A stretch of DNA of 63,230 nucleotides, filler included, from an uncultured Methanosarcinales archaeon (GTDB taxonomy: Archaea; Nanobdellota; Nanobdellia; Woesearchaeales; CAYXTQ01): assembly GCA_964608065.1 (NCBI GenBank). It is 22 parts of 22 records of this genome, joined end to end, with 100 filler letters (N's around TTAATTAATTAA, not from the genome) between each part and the next. Parts side by side here need not be neighbours in the genome. Positions count along the whole stretch, not along the records: positions 30,025 to 32,948 come from CAZSMA010000114.1; positions 33,049 to 35,916 come from CAZSMA010000115.1; positions 36,017 to 38,826 come from CAZSMA010000116.1; positions 38,927 to 41,660 come from CAZSMA010000117.1; 18 more parts are not named here. One strand, 5' to 3'. Shown piece after piece: positions 31,522 through 41,618 of this stretch. The notes beneath the pieces are model-generated. The model did no database searches and was not told where the DNA came from. It saw only the letters and a program-made list of their open reading frames with translations. The position numbers and the translations under genes were made by a program. Each line of letters begins with the position of its first letter. Position 1 is the stretch's first letter.

Positions 31522-32040
31522 TTTTTGTAAACGCTTTATGGTTGGATTAATGCCACGGCGATTTATTCCTAGAAATTCAACGTGGATATTATTTTCGTTT
31601 AACAGCTTTTTTAATTCTTGAATAAAAATTCCAGACAAATGAGCATTGCCTTTATTGGTATACTGAATATTAACAGCACAGGATGGGGAAAATTCTATCC
31701 CTAAAATACAAATTATTTTATAATTATTATTTAAAAGAGCATTTATTTGTTTAAAAGTCTGATTTGCCAATCCATGACAATGATCTCGAAATGCAGCGTT
31801 ATTATATTCATTGTAACTCTTTGGGTCTCTTACTAAATTTTCTTCAACATTTACAAATAGTGATTCGGGACAAGGCATTTGAATAATATTGATATCATTC
31901 TTTACTATTTCATCTAAAATTGGTTTAATTACAGCCTTCCATTCATATTTAACCAAGCCTTTAGCATGGTATGCCTGCGCTAAAGAGCAAAAGGGTAAAA
32001 ATATAAAATTTTGGCTTCTATTATCTGTCATTGTATTCAT
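31498..32040 (-). CDS. DUF523/TudS-related (CD3072-like) Fe-S protein
   Basis: IIQMPCPE and GIEFSPSC motifs. Confidence 0.75.
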   Translation of the reverse strand: MNTMTDNRSQNFIFLPFCSLAQAYHAKGLVKYEWKAVIKPILDEIVKNDINIIQMPCPESLFVNVEENLVRDPKSYNEYNNAAFRDHCHGLANQTFKQINALLNNNYKIICILGIEFSPSCAVNIQYTNKGNAHLSGIFIQELKKLLNENNIHVEFLGINRRGINPTIKRLQKLIGRVCK

Positions 32041-32198
32041 ATATCTGACTTTATCTATATAAGCTTTTTTGATTTTGTTTATGAAAGAAATGACTACGAT
32101 GAAAACGGTTTAATTAGGGGATGGATTGTAAATAATCCAAATGATATATTAAATATGCAAAATATATTTAATTCAATTAAGGCTATATTTTCTCCTTT

Positions 32199-32666
32199 TC
32201 AGTCTTTTCTATAAGGATGCACAAAACCATTATCTTTCTTAAGAGGATGTCTGCCACCCTTAAAATCATTCATTGAGAAATTTTTATCCAGAGGAGCATA
32301 ATTCTCTTGAATCTCCTCTGGCTTTATTACCTCAGGCTCTATCCCTATTTTTCCTACCAACTTGGTAACAATCTCTTTGACCATTTCATCAAGACAATTT
32401 TCCGAAGCAATATTCACATCAACCCCATATCCTTGAGGATGTGTGAATTGTAATTCGTAGATTTCTATCAGTGCTGTTGTATCATAACAATGATATGCTC
32501 TACCCCACCGGGCATCTTCACTTGAAAATTTTCCTATGCCACCAATCAATCCTCCTCCATTCAATTCTGTATAATCCTTTACGCATGACAGGATTGTTTC
32601 AATTCGTTCTGCTTGCCTATCTGAATTGCCTCCTTCTAAAATGTACCTTAACGATTTTGTATTCAT
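32199..32666 (-). CDS. Hypothetical protein
   Basis: 155-aa ORF. Confidence 0.6.
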   Translation of the reverse strand: MNTKSLRYILEGGNSDRQAERIETILSCVKDYTELNGGGLIGGIGKFSSEDARWGRAYHCYDTTALIEIYELQFTHPQGYGVDVNIASENCLDEMVKEIVTKLVGKIGIEPEVIKPEEIQENYAPLDKNFSMNDFKGGRHPLKKDNGFVHPYRKD

Positions 32667-32833
32667 TTTTTATAAATTTATAAATAATTTGAATTAGTTT
32701 CTAATCCTATTAATAAAAAACGAATTTTTCCTTTTTATATTTTATTATTGTAGACTTATAGAATAATTAATTTTTCAAAATCCTTAGTATTCATTATTTA
32801 TTTTCCAAAATAATTTAAACTCCAATCATTTTA

Positions 32834-32875
32834 TTTTATTCTACACATCACCCCCACCCCGACAATATTTATAAA
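32834..32875 (-). repeat. 42-nt element, 40/42 identical to 39084-39125 (+)
   Basis: TTTATAAATATTGTCGGGGTGGG(G/A)GTGATGTGT(A/T)GAATAAAA on two different contigs. Confidence 0.85.
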
Positions 32876-33308
32876 GTCTACCCCCGTCGCTATATTATTA
32901 AAATCAAAAATAAAAAGAGTGCCATTATTCTGGTCCAAAGTATCTCCGNNNNNNNNNNNNNNNNNNNNNNNNNNNNNNNNNNNNNNNNNNNNTTAATTAA
33001 TTAANNNNNNNNNNNNNNNNNNNNNNNNNNNNNNNNNNNNNNNNNNNNTAGCTAACATATATGCTATAAACAATATTAGAATATTTAAACCTTTCCAATC
33101 ACAAATTCTGAACAAACCAAAGAACAATAAGAACAAGTAAAAAAATAAAAAATCCTAATTTAACATACCATGTCCAGTTTTCTTTCAGATCTCCTTCAGG
33201 AAATATTTTTAATTTCATTTTTATTTTATTTAGTTTTCTATAATATATAATTGTTTCTATTGATTAAAAACAAAACATTTATTAAAAATTCTTGAATTTG
33301 AATAAAAT

Positions 33309-34598
33309 ATGAGTAGAAGGGAGTTTTTAAAAAAAATAACATGGGGTGCAGTAGCATTAGCAACTACAGTGGATAAAGAAATTGATCATGTCAAAGAATC
33401 TTTTATTGACTTCAGTAAAGATAGAGTATTACCTACTGATTTAGAACCAGAAATAGCAAAATATGCATTCAACCATACTAAAGAACTTGGTTTCTGGATA
33501 TATGATTATTTTAAGCTCCCTGATGATAAAGCGTTATTGTTCAATAAGAATACATTAAAAAAAATTAAGTACAAAGTAGAAGATAACAATCTACTTATTA
33601 AAAATGCGTTGTCTGACTCAGATGAAATAATTATTAATAAGTTAGAGCCAAATAGTATTATCAAGGCAATGAGTATAGAACCAAATAAATGGCACACATT
33701 AATACCTTCCAACATATCAGTAAGGCATGCGTTTAATGAAATTTTAGATGAAAGAGCTTTAGATGATGTGTGGTATATCAAAGGTAGAAACTCACAAGTT
33801 ATTAAAGGGTTGGAAGCTGCACCCAAGTATCACCACTGGTTAAAATATCATCTCAATCCTAATGAAAAAGCGAGATTTGCAAAAGTAGATATTCCTGAAG
33901 AATTCTTCTTTTTAGCTTTATCAGAAAGTCAATTAAACCCAAGGGCAGAATCATCAAAAGGTGCACAAGGCCATATACAGTTAATGAGGTACACAGGAAG
34001 AAGATATGGGTTGGGGTTAACAAGATATAAAGATGAACGTAGAGATATATTTAAAGCAACAGGTGCAGCATGTGCATATATTAATGATTTATTTAACGCA
34101 TTTGAAGATTGGAGGTTAGTTCTTACAGGCTATATAGTTGGAGAAGGGAATTTAATAAAAGCTCTGGAAGAATCTCTCAAACTTAACAGAAGTTATAATA
34201 GATATTATGAAAGGAATTATTGGGGGGGTAGTAAACAGATAAAAACTTTCTTTGAACATCATAAAATAAATCCAGATTATGATAATATATATGAAACAGT
34301 TAGAAAACATTTTCTAGAAAAAAGTTACTTTGCAACAGCTCATTATGTCAATATGTTTGTTGCATACTATTTAATCTCTAAAAAACCTGAAATGTTTGGT
34401 TTCAAAAATCTTAATTATCAAAAACCTGTTAATTTTAAAGAGATAAAAACAGAAGAAAAGGCATTGCTGGAGAATATCATTGAAAGCTTAGCTCCAAAAG
34501 GTCATAAAGATACAATGCATGAACTTAACGCACAATACACTCTAAGAATACCTATTCCAGAAAAATTTGAGATAAGAGTCCCCATTATAAAAAAATAA
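33309..34598 (+). CDS. MltD-like lytic transglycosylase (SLT domain) with Tat-type signal
   Basis: MSRREFLK; LALSESQLNPRAESSKGAQGHIQLM; YGL..DERRD..KATGAACAYINDL...FEDW.L. Confidence 0.85.
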   Translation: MSRREFLKKITWGAVALATTVDKEIDHVKESFIDFSKDRVLPTDLEPEIAKYAFNHTKELGFWIYDYFKLPDDKALLFNKNTLKKIKYKVEDNNLLIKNALSDSDEIIINKLEPNSIIKAMSIEPNKWHTLIPSNISVRHAFNEILDERALDDVWYIKGRNSQVIKGLEAAPKYHHWLKYHLNPNEKARFAKVDIPEEFFFLALSESQLNPRAESSKGAQGHIQLMRYTGRRYGLGLTRYKDERRDIFKATGAACAYINDLFNAFEDWRLVLTGYIVGEGNLIKALEESLKLNRSYNRYYERNYWGGSKQIKTFFEHHKINPDYDNIYETVRKHFLEKSYFATAHYVNMFVAYYLISKKPEMFGFKNLNYQKPVNFKEIKTEEKALLENIIESLAPKGHKDTMHELNAQYTLRIPIPEKFEIRVPIIKK

Positions 34599-35309
34599 TT
34601 ACTCTTTCAGCTTAAAATAAACTCTTCTGTTATTTTTTCCCTTATTATCACACTTTATTATCTCCAAATGCCCTATCTCTTTCAAACTCTTGACATGTGT
34701 TCCTGCGTCTGCCTGTGAATCAAATTCTCCGATAGATATTATCCTTAGTGTTTGCACACCAGGAGGCAGGCCTTTAGCTAATTTTGCTAGCTCTGGTTTT
34801 TGCAATACTTCTTCTCTTTTCATATAAGAGACAGTAACTAGTAAATCTTTATCAATTAACTCATTTGATTTCTTAACATATTCATCTATCTTCTCTCTGT
34901 CAAAATCCTCAAGATTAAAGTCAATCCTTGATTTATCTAAATCCAGTTGATTACCTGTGATCAAAGCTCCAGCTTCTTTATGAAATATAGCACTTAAGAC
35001 ATGAGCAGCAGTATGGCTTCTCATTAACTTATACCTTCTGTCCCAGTCAATAACTCCTTTAACCTTATCTCCCTGCTTTAATCCTGGCTTATCAACTTCA
35101 TGGCTTATTATTTCTCCAAATTTAGCAGCATAGACGACATTGAACTCTTCATTATCCTTGATGAACTTTCCAGTATCATAAGGCTGGCCTCCTGCATTAG
35201 GATAGAAAGCTGTCTGGTCCAGGACTATGTATTTGTTGTCTTTAACACTTTCAACAGTTGCTTCAAACTCTTTCACATAACTGTCATCCAGATATATTGC
35301 TTTTGTCAT
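34599..35309 (-). CDS. alaXM: Alanyl-tRNA editing protein AlaX-M
   Basis: LDQTAFYPNAGGQPYDTG, RYKLMRSHTAAH, QADAGTHV, NKGKNNRRVYF. Confidence 0.9.
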   Translation of the reverse strand: MTKAIYLDDSYVKEFEATVESVKDNKYIVLDQTAFYPNAGGQPYDTGKFIKDNEEFNVVYAAKFGEIISHEVDKPGLKQGDKVKGVIDWDRRYKLMRSHTAAHVLSAIFHKEAGALITGNQLDLDKSRIDFNLEDFDREKIDEYVKKSNELIDKDLLVTVSYMKREEVLQKPELAKLAKGLPPGVQTLRIISIGEFDSQADAGTHVKSLKEIGHLEIIKCDNKGKNNRRVYFKLKE

Positions 35310-35507
35310 AACATCATTTAATAATAAATAATTTATAAATATGTTGGTTTTGGAAAGCAAGAAAGAATGTTTATTAAGTTTTTCTTTAAGTTTTTATAGA
35401 TTATTTTCAGTCAATTAGGTGGAGAAGCATTAACTTTATAAATCAATAAACGATTTCATAGGTAAAAGGGGTATGGAATATACTCCAAGAGTTCTTGGAG
35501 AATTGAA

Positions 35508-35888
35508 ATGTTCAAAAAAACAAAAGCATATATTAAATGTGCACCATGGCCTCATGCTTCTAGTTTTATGTTTTTAGTTTTCGCAGCAGATAATGCTGCT
35601 AGAACTGTAGACTATTTTGCACAGGGTAATACTGGTGAGGGTATAGAAAGAATTATAATCAGCGTGGGGTCTGTACTAGCTGCAGGCTGTCTTCAAATTC
35701 TTAGCGTGGAGTATTATGACCTATACAAGAGACTGGTGGCTGATTTAGAGAATGGTTGGGATGAACGGATCATTACCCCCATGATGGATGAATGGTGCAC
35801 TAAACATATCGCTAAATGTGCTACTTCTGATGCTGGTTATAAAAAAGAATATAAAGGGTTTAAGAAAAAGCTAGACAAAAAAAAGTAG
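35508..35888 (+). CDS. Hypothetical membrane protein
   Basis: 126-aa ORF with hydrophobic segments. Confidence 0.55.
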   Translation: MFKKTKAYIKCAPWPHASSFMFLVFAADNAARTVDYFAQGNTGEGIERIIISVGSVLAAGCLQILSVEYYDLYKRLVADLENGWDERIITPMMDEWCTKHIAKCATSDAGYKKEYKGFKKKLDKKK

Positions 35889-36040
35889 ATAACAACTATA
35901 CCTTTTTATTTTATTANNNNNNNNNNNNNNNNNNNNNNNNNNNNNNNNNNNNNNNNNNNNTTAATTAATTAANNNNNNNNNNNNNNNNNNNNNNNNNNNN
36001 NNNNNNNNNNNNNNNNTCTAAGTTGAATAATAAATAAAGG

Positions 36041-36763
36041 TTATTTTATTTTTACTCCTTTTTCTATTAAGTAAGGGGTTATTCTTACTTTTTCTAATGC
36101 TGAGATAATAACATCACTTCTTGAGTACATTGTTACAGAATAGTATCCATCGGTAGCACCTATTTCACTTTCTCTCTTAACCTCTGATTTTGTTAATGTT
36201 GTCTGTTTATTTAAATCAAAGTAATTTTCTAAACTTGCAGTTCCCCATATCGCTTTAAGGTGGGGGTTAGAATTAAACTTTTGCCACTGGTAAAATAAGT
36301 AAGTAGCTATAACTTCTTTTCCTTTTTCTTTAACCTCACGAGTAACTCGGATAGAGTCCTGCTTTATATAAGCCAGAGCATGATCATCATCTGCAGTAAC
36401 ATCAAGGATATCTTTTCCACTTAGTGTTCTTGTTCCAATATATTTGATCAAATCTTTATCATAAAAATTTATTATTTTCTTTTCCCTTTTTTCTGGAAGG
36501 TTGTTATCTAAGATATCTTTTAATTTTTTTAATGTATACTTACCCAATCTATATTTAAAATTAGGAAGAAAAAAACCTATTTCGTTTTCCATTACTTTAC
36601 CATCTTTTACATAACTTTTACTTAGCTCTCCTCTAAGATATTCTTCAAAAAGTCTGTCATATTTGTTTTGAGAACCTGATTGAGCTATTGCTTCTAAACC
36701 ACCTATTCCTAAACCTGTGGTACATATTATTGCAATGTTCTTAATAAAATTTCTTCTATCCAT
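36041..36763 (-). CDS. Hypothetical exported protein with twin-arginine-like signal
   Basis: MDRRNFIKNIAIICTTGLGIGG; ATG at 36763. Confidence 0.7.
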   Translation of the reverse strand: MDRRNFIKNIAIICTTGLGIGGLEAIAQSGSQNKYDRLFEEYLRGELSKSYVKDGKVMENEIGFFLPNFKYRLGKYTLKKLKDILDNNLPEKREKKIINFYDKDLIKYIGTRTLSGKDILDVTADDDHALAYIKQDSIRVTREVKEKGKEVIATYLFYQWQKFNSNPHLKAIWGTASLENYFDLNKQTTLTKSEVKRESEIGATDGYYSVTMYSRSDVIISALEKVRITPYLIEKGVKIK

Positions 36764-36806
36764 TCTAACTAACCAAATATCATAGAAATATTTAAACTTA
36801 TCTTTT

Positions 36807-37868
36807 CTAGAATAGTGATAACTTTTGTTGACAGCTTCCATCAATCTTAATAAAAGGCTCAGCTCTTTTTAAGATAACACCCAATTGTCTTAGTTCTAAA
36901 CGTTTTTTTATTTTTTTGTTTGTTGTAAAGTCAATTATGTTTTTAGCTGTTTTAAGACCAATACCTGGAACTCTGATTAAATCTTGGTATTCTGCTTGAT
37001 TTATTTCAATAGATTCAAGGTTGTTTAATGCTATTGCCAATTTTGGATCTTTATTAGGAAGCATATCATTATTCATTATTTTTTTGAATTCTTTAAAGTT
37101 GTAGTTGTATTTTTTTATTAAGAAATCAACATTGTATAGTCTGTTCTGTCTGAACAAAGGAGTCTTTGTTTTTTTTTCTAAAGGTGTGTCTTTTATAGGT
37201 CTGAATGCAGAGTAATAGATTCTTTTAAGATCAAAGCTTTTGTATTCCCATTCCATCATTTTTAGAACTTCTAAGTCTGTTTCATCTGCAGCACCTATAA
37301 CCATTTGTGTTGTTTGGTTTGAATGTAATCTTTTAATCCATGCTTGTCTTCTTAAAATATCTGATTTGTATTCTTTGTTAGAGCTTATTTCTGTTAATCT
37401 TGATTTATTAGGGCATTCTATGTTTATGCTTAATCTGTCTGCAAATTCTGCTGCTTGTTTTACTAGTTCAAAAGAGACTCCTGGCAATATTTTAAAATGA
37501 ATATAGCCTTGGTAATTGTATTTGTTTCTTACTAAGGAAGCTGCTTCAAGCATTTTTTCTGTTGTTTTGTCAGGGTCTTTACAGACAGCAGAGCTTAAGA
37601 ATAATCCCTGTAATTGATGTTTTTGTTGTAAATGAATAAAAGTCTTTGCCAACTCTTCTGGCTCAAAATCTGCTTTTTTAGATTTGCTTACAGTGCTGTT
37701 GCTGCAGTATTTGCAGTCATAGCTGCATTTGTTAGAAATTAATGTTTTGTATAAAGGGCATTTGCCTTTAGGAGTAGAAGCATCATAAATAAACCCTAAA
37801 CCTTCTTTTTTACTTCCACCACATACATCATATGTGTTTTCTAATAGTTTGACTTTTTGTAGATCCAT
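36807..37868 (-). CDS. Putative DNA modification/repair radical SAM protein with HhH motif
   Basis: CSYDCKYC, GLFLSS, YIHFKILPG, ADRLSINIE, TQMVIG, YYSAF, LIRVPGIG. Confidence 0.9.
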   Translation of the reverse strand: MDLQKVKLLENTYDVCGGSKKEGLGFIYDASTPKGKCPLYKTLISNKCSYDCKYCSNSTVSKSKKADFEPEELAKTFIHLQQKHQLQGLFLSSAVCKDPDKTTEKMLEAASLVRNKYNYQGYIHFKILPGVSFELVKQAAEFADRLSINIECPNKSRLTEISSNKEYKSDILRRQAWIKRLHSNQTTQMVIGAADETDLEVLKMMEWEYKSFDLKRIYYSAFRPIKDTPLEKKTKTPLFRQNRLYNVDFLIKKYNYNFKEFKKIMNNDMLPNKDPKLAIALNNLESIEINQAEYQDLIRVPGIGLKTAKNIIDFTTNKKIKKRLELRQLGVILKRAEPFIKIDGSCQQKLSLF

Positions 37869-37970
37869 ACACTGTTAGAAGAAGTAGTCCTTTATATATC
37901 TCACGCTAGGTTGGCCAGTGGGTTAAATGACGAAACCTTTATAAATATATAAAACATTTTCTAGTATAAC

Positions 37971-38123
37971 ATGGGAAAAGTTGATGTTGATCTGGATGAA
38001 ATGGAAGTTAATCTAGATAAGATATTTTTATGTGAGAAATGCAATGGTAGGATGGTTATGGTAGCTCCAAAGAGATGGAGATGTCCTAAGTGCGGTCAGG
38101 AGTTTTTAGAGAAAGGGGAATGA
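37971..38123 (+). CDS. Small zinc-ribbon protein (50 aa, not in the ORF track)
   Basis: MGKVD...CEKCNGRM...WRCPKCGQEF; TATA box upstream. Confidence 0.7.
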   Translation: MGKVDVDLDEMEVNLDKIFLCEKCNGRMVMVAPKRWRCPKCGQEFLEKGE

Positions 38124-38256
38124 GTGAGTCCTCACAAAAATCCTCCCTCATAAGCGGAGACCACCCAAGAAAAATACATTAAAACCCCAGAAAACCGGAA
38201 CATTTATATATAAGTTGATATATTTTTTATATCAATTGATACCTTATGTGATTAAA

Positions 38257-38562
38257 ATGCAAGAATTGAAATTCACTAAAACAGAAATGATTGAAAAAAA
38301 AGATCATAAGACTAAAAGATATCCTAATTTGAATACTGTTTTAATGGTAGAGGATTTTCTTAAAAAACACAGAGATATGCCTATTAAAATGTCTGAATTA
38401 AGAAAGAGGCTTCCAAGGCAGGTTATGTATCCAACCCTTAAAATAATTCTTGATTACCTTCAAATGAGTGGAAAGATAATAATTGGGACAAAAGGTGTAC
38501 AATGGATTTATGTTGAATCTGAACACTTAAGAAAAATGATAGGAGGGGGATTAGAGATTTAG
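38257..38562 (+). CDS. Small HTH-like protein, putative antitoxin
   Basis: YPNLNTVLMVE...LRKRLPRQVMYPTLKIILDYL; one nt separates it from the next gene. Confidence 0.6.
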   Translation: MQELKFTKTEMIEKKDHKTKRYPNLNTVLMVEDFLKKHRDMPIKMSELRKRLPRQVMYPTLKIILDYLQMSGKIIIGTKGVQWIYVESEHLRKMIGGGLEI

Positions 38563-38563
38563 A

Positions 38564-38826
38564 ATGTACTTTGGTAAAGAGGTTAGAATTATTTTAAAGT
38601 GGCAGGGAAGGGATGCTTATCTTGAATTAAAGAAAAGAAATGATAAAGAAGCTAAATCAATTTTGGACTCTTTTCATAGAGTTAGAGACATCTTAAAAGA
38701 AAATTCCCAATATGGAGATCCTATTGCAAAAGATTTAATTCCGAAAGAGTTTAAGAAAGTAGGTATTAAGAATTTATATCGTGTAGAATTATCAAATTAT
38801 TGGAGAGCACTTTATACAATTGAAGG
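38564..38826 (+). CDS. RelE-like toxin, 3' partial
   Basis: ILKENSQYGDPI...NLYRVELSNYWRALYTI. Confidence 0.6.
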
Positions 38827-38973
38827 NNNNNNNNNNNNNNNNNNNNNNNNNNNNNNNNNNNNNNNNNNNNTTAATTAATTAANNNNNNNNNNNNNNNNNN
38901 NNNNNNNNNNNNNNNNNNNNNNNNNNAAGAACTTTTAACACGGGGTTGAGTGTTTATGATATAACGCCCTAAC

Positions 38974-38996
38974 AAATACTAATACGCCCCGACCGT
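38974..38996. repeat. 23-nt direct repeat (putative att site), copy 1
   Basis: AAATACTAATACGCCCCGACCGT, identical at 41596-41618. Confidence 0.8.
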
Positions 38997-39376
38997 CGAC
39001 ATCATATTCATGGCATCCTCATGGGACTCGATTTTTTATATCGGATATTTGCGTTTATAATTGATTTACTGACGCTGGCTTTATTTATAAATATTGTCGG
39101 GGTGGGAGTGATGTGTTGAATAAAAGCAAATAATTAAGTGATTATTTATTCTTTAAAGTTCCCATAATTTAAAAGAAAAATCTCAAAAAGTAGACTTAAT
39201 ATATGTTAGTTTCAATTGTCGGCATAATTATAATACGGGGTTTGTCGTCGCTGTCCTACGGACAATTTGTCAAAACTTTCAGTTTTGAGATTATATAATA
39301 AATTTTTTCCCACTCCCCAGAAAAACGATTTGAAACAAAAAGCTTTTTATACTATTTCTTGATTAGATATGTTAAG

Positions 39377-40774
39377 ATGAAACAAAAAATAATCTTAATA
39401 ACACTTTTCTTAATGATATTATCCTTATCTGTTTTTGTTTCTGCTCAAGAAAGTTGTTCTGAAGGAGAAGAATGCTCAATTTATGTTGGTTCTACAATTG
39501 AATTCGATATTGAAGGAGGAATGGATTTAAGTATCTTAGAAATTTCTTCAAATGATGTGACTTTTAAATTCGAAGGTCTTACTGTAGAACTAAAAGATGA
39601 TTCAGGTTCAAATGTATTTTCTAAAAATGGTATCCAATTAACTTTATTAGATATTATCGGAACAGAAAACTCTGGTTATCATGCTGTTGTTAAAGCAGAG
39701 CAGATTGAAGACACTCCTCAAATTAGCTCTTGTTCTGAAGGAGAAGAATGCTCAATTTATGTTGGTTCTACAATTGAATTCGATATTGAAGGAGGAATGG
39801 ATTTAAGTATCTTAGAAATTTCTTCAAATGATGTGACTTTTAAATTCGAAGGTCTTACTGTAGAACTAAAAGATGATTCAGGTTCAAATGTATTTTCTAA
39901 AAATGGTATCCAATTAACTTTATTAGATATTATCGGAACAGAAAACTCTGGTTATCATGCTGTTGTTAAAGCAGAGCAGATTGAAGACACTCCTCAAATT
40001 GTTTCCCAATGTAAAGATAGTGATGGTGGCAAAAACCCAACTATCTTAGGAAAAGCAGAAACAGGAACAAGTGGACAAGGAGATTGGTGTGATTATTCTG
40101 AAGGCGAAAACAAAATTTACGAAGCTTATTGTATAAATGATACTGCCTACACGACTATTTTAATGGATTGCCCAACTGACAAACCATATTGTAATAAAGG
40201 AAAATGTTCTACGAGTAAGCCACAATGCACTGAAGACGATGGGGGTAAAAACCCCTTAGTTTTAGGAACAACTTTTCCTTCAAGAATTGCAGACCATACA
40301 GGCTCTACTGATTACTGCCAAATAACATCTACAGGACAACCTTCTGAAAGTGGAGAATGCTCTGGTTCAGATTGCAGTTTAAGAGAATTCTTCTGTGTTG
40401 AGGGTTCTCCAGACGAATTCTATAATGATATCCCTTGTCCAAGTGGATGTAAAAAGGGAGTTTGTTCAAAAATAGAACCAACAGAAGAAACAGGACCTAT
40501 TGATATTGTGGAAGAAACTGAAGGAGTAAAAGAAGAAATTAAAGTTGTTAAAGAAGATTGTAATGGTTGTATTTTAGATAAAAAGTGTTATCCTATTGGT
40601 TACAGAATGGAAAACACTTATTGTGATAACCAACAATTTTCAAATCAAAAAGAAGCAGATAATTCTTGCAATAATAATTTTGAATGTTCCACAAACTTAT
40701 GTATAGATAATAGCTGTATAAGTAGCGGACTTTGGGAAAAGATATTAAATTTTTTCAAAAATTTATTTGGATAA
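39377..40774 (+). CDS. Secreted Cys-rich protein with an exact internal tandem duplication
   Basis: Signal peptide; 92-aa period repeat; CxDSDGG repeats; C..N.EC.TNLC.D..C..GLWEKILNFF tail. Confidence 0.85.
   Translation: MKQKIILITLFLMILSLSVFVSAQESCSEGEECSIYVGSTIEFDIEGGMDLSILEISSNDVTFKFEGLTVELKDDSGSNVFSKNGIQLTLLDIIGTENSGYHAVVKAEQIEDTPQISSCSEGEECSIYVGSTIEFDIEGGMDLSILEISSNDVTFKFEGLTVELKDDSGSNVFSKNGIQLTLLDIIGTENSGYHAVVKAEQIEDTPQIVSQCKDSDGGKNPTILGKAETGTSGQGDWCDYSEGENKIYEAYCINDTAYTTILMDCPTDKPYCNKGKCSTSKPQCTEDDGGKNPLVLGTTFPSRIADHTGSTDYCQITSTGQPSESGECSGSDCSLREFFCVEGSPDEFYNDIPCPSGCKKGVCSKIEPTEETGPIDIVEETEGVKEEIKVVKEDCNGCILDKKCYPIGYRMENTYCDNQQFSNQKEADNSCNNNFECSTNLCIDNSCISSGLWEKILNFFKNLFG
39454..40000 (+). 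repeat. 271-nt identical direct repeat (39454-39724 and 39730-40000)
   Basis: No mismatch found by eye; period 276 nt. Confidence 0.9.
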
Positions 40775-40780
40775 CTTAAA

Positions 40781-41269
40781 ATGAAAAATATATGGTATAA
40801 AATAACTGGCGTTTCTTTAATAATCTTTATCATATCACTAATATTTTCTACGGCGGGTCAAGGCTCGGATAGGTCATTCAAATTAATTTATCTTTGTAAT
40901 TTCTTTAATCAATGTCCTGCATCAATAGGTATGGGAACAATTGGAGTTTTATTATTTTTAGATTATGTTGTTACTTTATTGATTTTTATTATATTTTTAA
41001 TTCAAGGAATTTACTATTTTCGGATGAATGAAGAGAAGAAAACCAAGCTTCTTAACTGGTCTGCTGGATTAAGTTTAACTGCCTTGATAATCTTTATATT
41101 GACATTTTTATTTTTCTGGATTGCTTGTTTACCTCAAGGCGGGATTCACTCTGAATGTTTTGCTTGGTCTGCAATATTGGCTGTTTTTCCTCTCGGCTTT
41201 GCAGGGATATTATACTTAGTTTCTCTGTTGTTTTTAGTTATCAATTGGTTTAAAAATTTACGTAGATAA
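40781..41269 (+). CDS. Four-TM membrane protein
   Basis: Four hydrophobic helices with Cys pairs in the loops. Confidence 0.75.
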   Translation: MKNIWYKITGVSLIIFIISLIFSTAGQGSDRSFKLIYLCNFFNQCPASIGMGTIGVLLFLDYVVTLLIFIIFLIQGIYYFRMNEEKKTKLLNWSAGLSLTALIIFILTFLFFWIACLPQGGIHSECFAWSAILAVFPLGFAGILYLVSLLFLVINWFKNLRR

Positions 41270-41518
41270 ACAGCCCAAATTAAAGCTTGTCTTAAACTTT
41301 TTCGAGAAGAATATAAGTTTGTCCTTTAAAGTGTTTAATCTGTTATATCCTCTTGAGCCTTTTGCATTGGTGTTGGAAATATTAAGTCCGTTTTCCATAT
41401 CCTGGAGATATTGTAAAAGTAAATCAGAATTCTGCCTGCTTATGTTTGGAATTTTCCCGGCAACTTTTTCTTTCCAGTTGAGATATCCTTCTTTGTGCTT
41501 GTATGGGTCTATTTTCAT
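41258..41518 (-). pseudogene. N-terminal fragment of a DPANN-type tyrosine integrase
   Basis: MKIDPYKHKE.YLNWKE...LQYLQDMENGLNIS...KGSRGYNRLNTLK resembles integrase N-termini; stops after 86 aa; next to an att-like repeat. Confidence 0.65.
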
Positions 41519-41595
41519 TCTTCTTTTAATCAAAGAGTTTTAAAAACACTCTTGGATTTTCCTTGAACAAAAAAAAAACGCCCATCAAAATCACA

Positions 41596-41618
41596 AAATA
41601 CTAATACGCCCCGACCGT
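41596..41618. repeat. 23-nt direct repeat (putative att site), copy 2, inside an inverted repeat
   Basis: Flanked by AC-A10-CGCCCA (41567-41584) and TGGGCG-T9-GT (41644-41660). Confidence 0.8.
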
